Shown here piece by piece: positions 12,634-24,002 of a stretch of DNA of 64,000 nt (within the stretch, counting starts at the first letter, position 1; each line of letters begins with the position of its first letter). The position numbers and the translations under genes were made by a program. The notes under the pieces were generated by a model that was not told the DNA's origin, made no database searches, and was given only the letters and a program-made list of their open reading frames with translations. Source of the stretch: Octopus sinensis (Eukaryota); assembly GCF_006345805.1 (NCBI RefSeq), contig NC_043000.1, forward strand, positions 80,042,001-80,106,000, written 5' to 3'.

Positions 12634-13109
12634 CATATAAGAGGGATGACCACTAAGTGGACATCCAGTATGCTAAATGTAGACCTCATAAGATCTGACC
12701 ACTAAGAAAAGATTGTTCTCAAGAAAATTTAGCAAACGCCAGAACTTAAGCGAGCAAGATAAATGAAAAGATACAAAAGATAAAGATTAGTCACATACCT
12801 GGTTTCATTGTTACCACTTACGTAATACATACGGACGTGAACGTCTCGTGTATAGTTCTGCAATTTGTATTTTGCTATGATGGTCACACTGATGAATTGC
12901 AGACATTTACATATGTATTACATAAGTGGTAACAATGAAATCAGGTATATCACTAATATTTATATTTTGTATCTTTTCATTTGTCTTGCTTGCTTAAGTT
13001 CTGGCGTTTGCTGAAGTTTCTTGAGAACAATCTTTTCTTAGTGGTCAGACCAAATGGTGTCTACATTTAGCATATTGGATGTCCACTTAGTGGTCATCCA
13101 TCTTATATG
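12634..13109. mobile_element. Fold-back/MITE-like element with ~195-bp inverted arms
   Basis: catataagagggatgaccactaagtggacatcc... versus ...ggatgtccacttagtggtcatccatcttatatg; TA on both flanks. Confidence 0.85.
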
Positions 13110-13210
13110 TACGTAATATAATTTTACTGAATCTTCAGATTTTTTCAATATGCTTGGCCACTGGTTTTAAATTGATATTAATCAAATTAATATTCAATTT
13201 TTCACCCTTA

Positions 13211-13795
13211 TTCATCATCATCATCGTTTAACGTCTGCTTTCCATGCTAGCATGGGTTGGACGATTTGACTGACGTCTGACGAGCCAGATGGCTGCACCA
13301 GACACCAATCTCATCTGGCAGAGTTTCTACAGTTGGATACCCTTCTTAACACCAACCACTCTGAGAGTGTAGTGTGTGCATTTATGTGCCACCGGCACGA
13401 GGGCCAGTCAGGTGGTACTGGCAATGGCCGTGCTCAAATGGTACTTTTTATGTGCCACCTGCACAGGAGCCAGACCAGCAGCACCGGCAACGACCTCCCT
13501 CAAATGTTTTTTGCGTGCCACCAGCACGAGTGCCAATAAGGCAATGCAGGTAACGATCACGCTCAAATGGTGCTTTTTACGTGCCATCGGCACGGAGGCC
13601 AGCTTGTTGCTCTGGCAACGATCACACTCATATGGTACTCTTGGCGCTCCACTAGCATGGATGCCAGTCATCAAATTTGATTTCGATTTCGATTCGATTT
13701 CACTTGCCTCAACAGGTCTTCACAAGCAGAGTTTAGTGTCCAATGAAGGAAAGGTACGCATAAGTGGGCTAGTTACACCCCTGGCCTAGGCCACA
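13211..13795 (-). mobile_element. RTE-3'-tail-type interspersed repeat ending in (ATG)n
   Basis: Reverse complement of the tail at 26980-27474 (ggtggcacgtaaaaagcacc, gaagggcatccag, gcatggaaagcggacg). Confidence 0.8.
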
Positions 13796-13856
13796 AGGTT
13801 ATATAGATATATACATACATACATATATATGTATGTATATATATATATTTATATAT

Positions 13857-13901
<45 letters not shown>

Positions 13902-14162
13902 TCCATAGGCTGGGATTTCGTTATTTTCTTCCTTTTTTGCCATATATAGGTTACAAATTGTGATTGTTTGTGGAGACTTTTTATTAGTAGGAGAAATAGT
14001 GATCAATTTGGCTGCTATTTCTAATATTTTCAGTATGTGGTTTTGAGTAACTTGTTGCAATTAACCCTTATAAACCTTACCAAATATGGTCTTTTCCATA
14101 CCGATAAATCTACTAGGTGAAATTTATTAATTTTATTAAATTAATTATATTCCACCCTTTTT

Positions 14163-14199
<37 letters not shown>

Positions 14200-14846
14200 G
14201 TGGGGCATCGCTTCCTATTCAAACTGATCCAGCTTTTCTTTGTTATCATTTGGTTTGGGTTTAAAAGGTCAAAGTGGACTAAACCTTTCATATCCCATCA
14301 AACAGATAACAACACCTTACGTGGGTGCCAGTGTTTCTCCTTTCCCTACTCACTGTTTTCGGTGCTTGACATTTTTATAGAGCATCCATTTCTTGTCGCC
14401 AGTCACTATTCGATGCGAAAAAGGTTCATTACTGAGACATGACAGCAAAGAAGCGCAGACATTCACTCTCTGCATGTGATTAGACTCAGAAAGTTTGTGA
14501 GGAACCCACTGACCCAATTTCCTGACTTTTCCAGTGGGACACAGGTGTTGATGAATGGTTGAATGACCAAATCCAAGCTACTTTGCTAGTTCCTCAACAG
14601 TTACGATGGCATTTTGTTCCACCAGGGTTTGCAGGACATCCTCGTTGAGCTCGACAGATCTTCCAACATGAGGCTCATCTTCTAGGCTGATGTTTCCGGT
14701 TTGGAATTTCTGAAACCACCATTGACACTGGCTTATGCTTATTGTCTGATCCCTGTATCAATATTCCTTGCACTTTCCGTTTCGTTGTTGCCTTTATTGA
14801 ACTCATAAAGCAAAATACGCCGAATATGCTTCTTTGTCACTGCCAT
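14200..14846 (-). pseudogene. Mariner transposase remnant (N-terminal half)
   Basis: MAVTKKHIRRILLYEFNKG...WFQKFQTGNISLEDEPHVGR...WVPHKL...IVTGDKKW, with stops and frameshifts. Confidence 0.85.
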
Positions 14847-14861
14847 TATAGCTTTGGAAAA

Positions 14862-15156
14862 ATAACTGATAAAATGGAACTGCATTCTTCAAAACTTGCA
14901 CTAAAAATAAGGACAAGGTAAGATTACTACCTGCTTTTATAGCATGTTGATGCAAGTAATTTATCCCATCCACCTCCGACTTTATGGGTCAGGTCATCCC
15001 ATAAATAATGCGGTTTTTTCAGTTGCATGAGCTAAAAGTCATAGGGGGATGGCATAAATTACTTGCATCAACTTGATATAAAAGCAGGTAGTAATTTTAC
15101 CTTGTCCTTATTTTTAGTGCAAGTTTTGAAGAGTGTAGTTCTATTTTAACAGTTAT
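14862..15156. mobile_element. Head-to-head duplication of the mariner left end (~110-bp inverted arms)
   Basis: Arms at 14862-14971 and 15046-15156. The spacer contains the TIR-like tcaggtcatcccataaataatgcggtttttt. Confidence 0.7.
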
Positions 15157-15195
15157 ATATATATATAGTCAAATTGAACATATATATATATACAT

Positions 15196-15230
<35 letters not shown>

Positions 15231-15422
15231 GATGTGTGTATTTTTTCCTTGCTAACAATTAACATGGAAAAATAGTTACCAGGGTAGCAAAAAAGCACAC
15301 AAGTAAAAAGGTTGTAACTCCTTGTTTTTAAAGGTAGAAACTTCGGGTTTACATGAAATTTTTTGTAAAATATATATAAATAAATAAATGGAGTTTAACG
15401 CAGGTATAATTCAAATACTTTT

Positions 15423-15510
15423 ACTTCCGACACCTGTTTCGAAGATATCACTGATATTATTCCAAAGGAATAAAACGGTGTAAAACAATATAATCTTCTC
15501 TTCAGGAAGT
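15423..15510 (-). ncRNA. Type I hammerhead ribozyme of a Penelope-like element
   Basis: Minus strand: ACTTC CTGAAGA GAAGAT...ATCTTC GAAA CAGGTG TC^GGAAGT. Full core, 6-bp base of stem II, and a stem I partner. Confidence 0.75.
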
Positions 15511-15899
15511 GAAGAAATGAAACTCGTCAATAAGATATTTTAACAGAAAATGATGGATATGTATAGTGATTAACTGAACGCTATTAATATTGTTTCAAAA
15601 AAACGTTATAGGATATAACGTCAGAGGTAGCCTATAGAAAGACGAGGGATAAAGTAAAGAAAAACTAAATAAATGATAAGTATATGACTATATGTATATT
15701 AAATAAAACCATATAGACTAGGAAAAATATATATCTAGTGTATGTGATATGTAAAGAGAAAATTAATTTTTAAATTATATATACTGATAGAAATCACATA
15801 TATGAACTAAAGGTGTGTTTCTGCCAATGTTTACATCAGTATGCATGCTCTATAACCGTGTTTACAATGGGAGTTTTAGAAAAAAGAATAAAAAATAGT

Positions 15900-16340
15900 T
15901 CAGAATTCCTTGCCTTTGTCATAAGGTATCGAGATTGAGAGAATCAACCAATCTAAATTAAACTGTTTAATGTGGTCTTTTAGATCCCAAATTAATTTAC
16001 TAAACCCTGTACTGTTACGTTTATTCCTATCTCTAAATGTCGAGTAATGATTAGAAATTCTTCTAGATAACTGTAACGACGTGTTTCCAATATAAAAATA
16101 TACTTGATTATGAGTAGTAATTTTACACTGGTGTATAGAATTTTTAATTTTAGAGTTACTTGACAGAAACTTGATTCTGTTGGAATTGACTTCAGATACA
16201 ATAACCTTGTTATTAATATTTCTAGAGGGATGGATGGTATTACCTAAATTAATGTTAGTATTAGTAAATGTATTAATTTTTAACAGGTTGTTATTATGTG
16301 AAGGGATAACTTGTAAGGGATTTTTAGTGTTCTTTACCTA
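15900..16340 (-). pseudogene. Penelope-like GIY-YIG endonuclease remnant
   Basis: NSIHQCKITTHNQVYFYIGNTSLQLSRRISNHYSTFRDRNKRNSTGFSKLIWDLKDHIKQFNLDWLILSISIPYDKGKEF*; no Met start, so absent from the ORF track. Confidence 0.8.
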
Positions 16341-16932
16341 TCTCTCCACCTTTCAAACCTTTCAAACATATCACCCCACCTCCCACTTCTCACATATATT
16401 CCTTCCTTACATTCTTATCTCTTCCTGCTATCCCTCCCCTATTCCTTTTATCTACTGATAGCTCTCCTTGCCCCCTCACAATATCTTGACCACTATCTAG
16501 CACTTATTTTTTCATTTTCTCTTCCACTTTCTTTCTTTCTTTCTTTCTCCCCTTTTCCTTTTGACAAATACCATTCACCTCCTAACTTACATATCTATTC
16601 TCTTCTCTCTATCTACTTACCCGTACCAGTACTTTCTCAAAATTTCATTCACACTACAAGGCTGAGCAGAACATGGAATTAATGTCTCCACACTATCCAT
16701 TTGCAATAATAGAATATGAACTCCTACGGGAATTTACATAACATGGACAAGAAGCCTTTCCACCCATTCTACACAGCACTTTCCTTGGATAATGGAACTG
16801 CAACTGTAATGTCCAACATATATTTTTATTTTTATTCTCTTATTTCCCTTTATACTGCCTATATCTCTCCCTTTCCAAAATAACTTATTATATTGAGCTC
16901 TACTATTTTCTTCTAGTTAACTCTCTCATATC

Positions 16933-16980
16933 GTCTCTGATGTGGGGATATCCCTCATATCCCGGAAACAGCTGCAGGAC
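16933..16980 (+). ncRNA. Degenerate hammerhead-like motif
   Basis: gtct CTGATGT G GGGATAT ccctc ATATCCC G GAAA CAGCTG CA ggac. Stem II is 7 bp and stem III near-palindromic, but A9 and U16.1 are mutated. Confidence 0.45.
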
Positions 16981-17825
16981 TACCTTTCTATTAGTAAACG
17001 TCCCAGAAATTTCACACTGCCTTGGCTTTGTTGTCTCATTTCATTTAACATGCACACACACACACATACATACATACGTGCACACTCATACACTTGCATA
17101 TATCAATATTTTCCATCTGATGAAATGATCTTTTATTAATTTGAGTGGTTATTGGGTATTGAGACATACATAATGAGATATCTGAAATATCAATAACTCC
17201 TATTCTTTTTTTTTTCTTCATTTCAACCACATGCAGCTCTTGTTACTTGTTATAGCCTGAGTCCATATTAATGACACTTCGGTGACTGCATTATATGGAA
17301 AAAAGAGTTTAGTGTAGATGAAAATGTAATCTTAGTTCTAATGGTAACTTGTCATGCATTCAATGCATAAATAAGTTTATCATCACCGTCATTGTCATTG
17401 TTGTCGACATGATTTCAAAGCGTACTTTTCTATAATTGCATGGGTGGGATGAAAGTATGTTGGGACACAGTTTTCTTACTTTCTTGTCACCAATCCCCTT
17501 TTGTTTATAAGCAAAGTAATAATCTCCCACCTTACTGAACAACAGTCAACAGCCATGATATGCATTTGTGTTGGACTGCAAAGTAAATGACACCTGATGG
17601 AAACCAATTTTTACAAATCAGCAAACATAAGGGAAACAGAAACTCATTCATATAAGCACACACATGTGAATAAATATATTTATATATGTATTATATAAAT
17701 CCCGTTCTGTGTATGTGTGTGTGTGTGTGTAAAAGATTATAAAGCGGTTCTATATTTAAGAGATGAGGAATCGTGTGCATTGTTTACATTATTTACATTT
17801 GATGGATATTTGTCCTCATCTTGTT

Positions 17826-17880
17826 TGTTGTTAACACGTTTCGGCTGATATACCCTCCAACCTCCATCAGGTGTGTTGAG
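17826..17880 (-). ncRNA. Degenerate hammerhead-like motif
   Basis: acac CTGATGGA GGTTG-gagggtatat-CAGCC GAAAC GTGTT; core and cleavage site imperfect. Confidence 0.35.
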
Positions 17881-18859
17881 GAAATTTCGAATTTAGGTTC
17901 TCATTTCTAAGGTAATTTTCGATGTTATTCTTCTTCTTCTTATTATTATTATTATTATTATATTATTATTATTATTATTATTATTGTTATTATTATTCCT
18001 GGGTTACATGGTGAAGTGGGGTAACCCTTTGCAAAATAACTTTCAGAAATTGATTGTCTCCCTTACATCCATTGGTTAAAAAATTATCACAATCTCATCT
18101 AATATATAAAATAGAGATGTGCGTGTATTCACTTTTCAAGTGTATTTCTATCTCTCTATGTCTCTCTATCTATATCTCTTTATCCATATCTATCTTTATA
18201 TGTATCTATCTGTCTATATCTTATCTTATCTATCTGTATCTGTTTTATTTGTCTAACTAGCTAACTCTCTCTCACCCCTCCCTCTATATATATCACTCAC
18301 TCTTTATTGTTTACACTTTCATTTTTCAGACACTATTGCTTTCACTTTAAGTTCAGTCGCTATTGTTTTCACTGTAAGTTTTCAATCACTGTTTACAAAC
18401 AACAACGACAAATTACTGACAGAAAGAAGCTCACAATTACTGATGAAAGTAATTTTATACATAATTTACTGAGAGAAGTAACGTCCTAAATTTCACTTTA
18501 ATTCATACACTTCCTTACATTTGCAGCATTTTGTTTTTTTTTTGTTGTTGGTGGAATTACTGATAAAAGTAAGTTCATAATTTACTGAGAGAAGTAACTT
18601 CAAAAATTTCACTTAAATCTGTACACTTAGTTAATTTCCCTAAAAATTTTTAATTTACTTTTGCAACTGTTTTGTGTTTTTCTGTTGTTAATGACTGTTT
18701 TGTAGTTCCCTCGCTACTGGCTCTTTGGTTCACTAAGTGACAAATTTAGCTTCAAACCATACAATTCTATATTTTCTGTAAAAATTTCTTATCTGCTTTC
18801 TGCCCATCATATTAAGAAATATCTTCGGCACCCGTGTATTTCTGTGTACATATATAACC

Positions 18860-19504
18860 ATGCTTAGAAGGAAAACGTCAACTTTGTCTACAATATCAAG
18901 GTCAGCCAAAAGAATGTTTCTGCCCAGGGAAAGAGAGACAGCTGCAGAAAGGGAAGCATACCAAGAAATGAACAGACTGTGCACTACAAAAGACAAAGTA
19001 TCTCAAAGTGATGAACAGAGCTATGCACAGCTGACAAGGAATAGGATCGCCACTGCAGAATGAAGAGCAGTTGCAACAGTTCAGAGAAGCAACTTCTATG
19101 GAGCAGCTTCCAATTATGATCCACCAGTTCATTATGCAGATGACACTAAAGTTTCCATTGGTGCAATGACAACTGAGTGCATATATTGTAAAGCAAGGAA
19201 GTGGCCTGGAGAGAAACCTGCACTATGCTGCAGTGGTGGAAAGGTTAAATTACCTGCAATCCCCTAACCTCCAAAGCCATTGAAGAAACTGTTGTCATCA
19301 ACTGATCAAGATTCCAAGCACTTCCAAAACAAAATTAGACAATACAACGCTGCACTACAGATGACATCATTTGGAGCCACAAGGAATATAACTGAGCCAG
19401 GATTCATGAAAGCTTTCAAGATCCAAGGTCAGATTTATCATCAGATTGGCTCTCTACTACCTCTATTAAAGGAATCACCAAAATCAGCCTTTCATTTTTT
19501 ATAA
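18860..19504 (+). pseudogene. Helitron RepHel N-terminal remnant
   Basis: CIYCKARKWPGEKPALCCSGGKVKLP...FQNKIRQYNAALQMTSFG...FKIQGQIYHQIGSLLP, with in-frame stops. Confidence 0.85.
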
Positions 19505-20070
19505 TCTGTACCTGTTTTGTGGTTACGAAATAAGCTACACAAAACGTGTTTTTGAATTACGTGTATTTACTTTATATCCATATATGAGTTGAAAACTTAC
19601 TTTTAACATATCAATTAATGTCTATGTTCCATGCTGGCATGGGTTGGAGAGTTATTAATGTGGAAAGTTGGTATCTCAGCTACTAGAAGCTGAGACCTGT
19701 GTAATCTAGATGGCATTTTAAAATTTCATTATTCTCTTTAACCCAGGCAATGTACACATACATTGAAGACAAGATATAAATAATGGTCATTACATATTTT
19801 TATTGCAATAAAGAAAAATATGTAATTTATATCTGTTTTGTATATTACTGTGTAAAATCCAGTATAACTGGAGCTCAACTATGGATTTACAATATAGAAT
19901 GGGAATGAACTATAACCTATAACATCAGACCCTGCCACATGAATACATGGAGTTCTTTATTAATATCAACAATGGTGTTAGCCTGGTGTACAAAACAGAG
20001 AGCTTATAAAGTATATTGGTAATATATATAGGTAATTCTTCACTAATATCTCTCTCTCTCTTATATATAT

Positions 20071-20118
<48 letters not shown>

Positions 20119-20303
20119 AGAGATCAGTGTAGCGCCTATACTAAAATGTAAAGTCCGTTGCCACATCGAAGTGGCTGTTCCATGTCACTACTAGTTTAAA
20201 CCCAAACAGATTCTTTGCCAGCTGGTTATCTGTCTGACTCTGCACTCTTTATATACAACTAGCAGAGATACCCGGTATTGCTCAGGATTAAAATGGCATA
20301 GTT

Positions 20304-20334
<31 letters not shown>

Positions 20335-20337
<3 letters not shown>

Positions 20338-20632
20338 GCATCTTGGGCAAGTGTCTTCTGCTATAGCCCCGGGCCGACCAATGCCTTGTGAGTGGATTTG
20401 GTAGACGGAAACTGAAAGAAGCCTGTCGTATATATGTATATATATGTATATGTGTGTGTGTTTGTGTGTCTGTGTTTGTCCCCCTAGCATTGCTTGACAA
20501 CCGATGCTGGTGTGTTTACGTCCCCGTCACTTAGCGGTTCGGCAAAAAGATACCAATAGAATAAGTACTAAAAGGTGGTGCTCCAGCATGGCCGCAGTCA
20601 GATGACTGAAACAAGTAAAAGAGTAAAAGAGT
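20335..20632 (+). mobile_element. SINE family B copy
   Basis: ggcatcttgggcaagtgtcttctgctatagcc...gactgaaacaagtaaaagagtaaaagag. Confidence 0.75.
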
Positions 20633-20655
20633 AAGAGTATATGTATGTATGTATG

Positions 20656-20690
<35 letters not shown>

Positions 20691-20981
20691 TTATCCGTAA
20701 TAATGAAGGGTGAAATTAATTAATTTGGAAAAATTATCAATTACACCAAGTAGTCTTCGGCATGTAAAAGCCTCATTCGAGGAAAATTTAAGTAATACTA
20801 AGCAATAAGGGTTTAGCAACGAGTTGCCTTACCACATACCGAATTTAGAAATAGCAGTCAAAGGGTTATAGCTATTTCTTCTACTAAAAAGGGAGATCTC
20901 ATATAAAAACAGCATTGGAAGGCAGACACAAACAGGTAAGAGAGAATGAATCGACTGCAATCTATCATACATTTTTTTAGT

Positions 20982-21099
20982 TATCCACGGACGTACGTTT
21001 CGAAATCAAGTTTTAAGGAAAGCATAAGAATTAAATATAAATATTAAATAATAAATAATTCCATCTTACCGAAACTTCTTTTCTCTTCAGCGTAGAATA
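20982..21099 (-). ncRNA. Type I hammerhead ribozyme, copy 1
   Basis: TATTCTACG CTGAAGA G...C GAAA CGTACG TC^CGTGGATA; predicted cut between 20990 and 20989. Confidence 0.85.
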
Positions 21100-21590
21100 G
21101 AATACTATAATCATAAATGATTATATATTGAATTTTGAGATACCAGAAGGCACCAACTCCACTCGTATCAGAGCGAGCTAGAATCCGCAACTGGTATCAC
21201 CGAATTCAATTTGTGAATGAAACGATTGTGTCAACAGCCCCTTCCCACCCGCGTGTAGCCAAAACAAGATGCTGTGGTCATCTACTGAGATAAAATAATG
21301 GTTATCCGTAATAATGAAGGGTGAAATTAATTAATTTGGAAAAATTATCAATTACACCAAGTAGTCTTCGGCATGTAAAAGCCTCATTCGAGGAAAATTT
21401 AAGTAATACTAAGCAATAAGGGTTTAGCAACGAGTTGCCTTACCACATACCGAATTTAGAAATAGCAGTCAAAGGGTTATAGCTATTCTTCTACTAAAAA
21501 GGGAGATCTCAGTAAAAACAGCATTTGGAAGGCAGACACAAACAGGTAAGAGAGAATGAATCGACTGCAATCTATCATACATTTTTTTAG

Positions 21591-21708
21591 TTCCACGGAC
21601 GTACGTTTCGAAATCAAGTTTTAAGGAAAGCATAAGAATTAAATATTAAATATTAAATAATAAATAATTCCATCTTACCGAAACTTCTTTTCTCTTCAGC
21701 GTAGAATA
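21591..21708 (-). ncRNA. Type I hammerhead ribozyme, copy 2
   Basis: Same core; 2-nt deletion in distal stem I; predicted cut between 21598 and 21597. Confidence 0.8.
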
Positions 21709-22235
21709 CTATAATCATAAATGATTATATATTGAATTTTGAGATACCAGAAGGCACCAACTCCACTCAGTATCAGAGCGAGCTAGAATCCGCAACGGGT
21801 ATCACCGATTCAATTTGTGAATGAAACGATTGTGTCAACAGCCCCTTCCCACCCGCGTGTAGCCAAAACAAGATGCTGTGGTCATCTACTGAGATAAAAT
21901 ATGGTTATCCGTAATAATGAAGGGTGAATTAATTAATTTGGAAAAATTATCAATTACACCAAGTAGTCTTCGGCATGTAAAAGCCTCATTCGAGGAAAAT
22001 TTAAGTAATACTAAGCAATAAGGGTTAGCAACGAGTTGCCTTACCACATACCGAATTTAGAAATAGCAGTCAAAGGGTTATAGCTATTTCTTCTACTAAA
22101 AGGCTGTGACACAATCGTTTCATTCACAAATTGAATTCGGTGATACCAGTTGCGGATTCTAGCTCGCTCTGATACTGAGTGGAGTTGGTGCCTCTGGTAT
22201 CTCAAAATTCAATATATAATCATTTATGATTATAG

Positions 22236-22352
22236 TATTCTAGCTGAAGAGAAAAGAAGTTTCGGTAAATGGAATTATTTATTATTTAATATTATATTTT
22301 AATTCTTATGCTTTCCTTAAAACTTGGCTTTCGAAACGTACGTCCGTGGATA
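22236..22352 (+). ncRNA. Type I hammerhead ribozyme, copy 3
   Basis: tattctag CTGAAGA G...C GAAA CGTACG TC^CGTGGATA; 1-nt deletion in stem I; predicted cut after 22344. Confidence 0.75.
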
Positions 22353-22841
22353 ACTAAAAAAATGTATGATAGATTGCAGTCGATTCATTCTCTCTTACCT
22401 GTTTGTGTCTGCCTTCCAAATGCTGTTTTTACTGAGATCTCCTTTTTAGTAGAAGAAATAGCTATAACCTTTGACTGCTATTTCTAAATTCGGTATGTGG
22501 TAAGCAACTCGTTGCTAAACCCTTATTGCTTAGTATTACTTAAATTTTCCTCGAATGAGGCTTTTACATGCCGAAGACTACTTGGTGTAATTGATAATTT
22601 TTCCAAATTAATTAATTTCACCCTTCATTATTACGGATAACCACCATATTTATCTCAGTAGATGACCACAGAGCATCTTGTTTTGGCTACACGCGGGTGT
22701 GAAGGGGCTGTTGACACAATCGTTTCATTCACAAATTGAATTCGGTGATACCAGTTGCGGATTCTAGCTCGCTCTGATACTGAGTGGAGTTGGTGCCTTC
22801 TGGTATCTCAAAATTCAATATATAATCATTTATGATTATAG

Positions 22842-22953
22842 TATTCTACGCTGAAGAGAAAAGAAGTTTCGGTAAGATGGAATTATTTATTATTTAATAT
22901 TTAATTCTTATGCTTTCCTTAAAACTTGATTTCGAAACGTACGTCCGTGGATA
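22842..22953 (+). ncRNA. Type I hammerhead ribozyme, copy 4
   Basis: TATTCTACG CTGAAGA G(22858)...C(22933) GAAA CGTACG TC^CGTGGATA; predicted cut after 22945. Confidence 0.85.
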
Positions 22954-23830
22954 ACTAAAAAAATGTATGATAGATTGCAGTCGATTCATTCTCTCTTACC
23001 TGTTTGTGTCTGCCTTCCAAATGCTGTTTTTACTGAGATCTCCCTTTTTAGTAGAAGAAATAGCTATAACCCTTTGACTGCTATTTCTAAATTCGGTATG
23101 TGGTAAGGCAACTCGTTGCTAAACCCTTATTGCTTAGTATATATATATATATATATATATATATTACAGTTGTGTTGAAACTGGTAATACAGGTAAGTGC
23201 AGTATTGATGACAAAATATTTATGGAGTAAATTTTAAAGCTTTGCATAAATGTCAATTTGAGTTAAGCACACAGCAGTTTGGACGGAGTTATCGCTTTTA
23301 TAAGAATGGGATGGATCATATCTGAAAGCAGCTCCAGGTGTTGCGAAGAAAGAATTTGTATGTGCTCTGTTTCTGAGCATGCCGTTGCAGATGTCTCATC
23401 TCCCTTATGTCTTGAGACTCATGCCTTTGGTTTTCTGCACTCCTTGTTGTTTTATATGTGTTTTTGGACAGATTACGCTTTTTCTTTGGTGGCATATTCT
23501 TTTCAATATTTTAAACAAAAGTTATGAACATAGGAAAAAATATACATTAATCTCTATTTTTGTAAGCAGTTGTATGTAGTATGTCTATATTTTTGTATGC
23601 AGTGCAAATTAAGCAAATATAAGCAAATTGTAAATACCTTGCAACCTTACAATTGCTGCAATAATTCTCATTACATATGTATATGTATGAGTAGATGTAT
23701 GTGTGTATTTAATAACATATATAACAGGTGCACAAATACACACACTCACAGACACATACACATTCATATACAAAATGAACTTCAATGGTCTTGTCCCACA
23801 GGAAATGTTTTTGTTAACTTTTGGATACCC

Positions 23831-23876
<46 letters not shown>

Positions 23877-23926
23877 GTGTGTGTGTATTTATATGATATA
23901 TGTATTTGTGTACATATGTGTGTATG

Positions 23927-24002
<76 letters not shown>

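Larger units (their letters stand above)
20687..23140. mobile_element. Tandem and inverted array of a ~605-bp hammerhead-bearing unit (retrozyme or Penelope pLTR-like) in (TA)n
   Basis: Unit starts atggttatcc at 20687, 21298 and 21901. Orientation flips at about 22101; about 1.7 inverted units follow. (TA)n on both flanks; no ORF. Confidence 0.9.
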
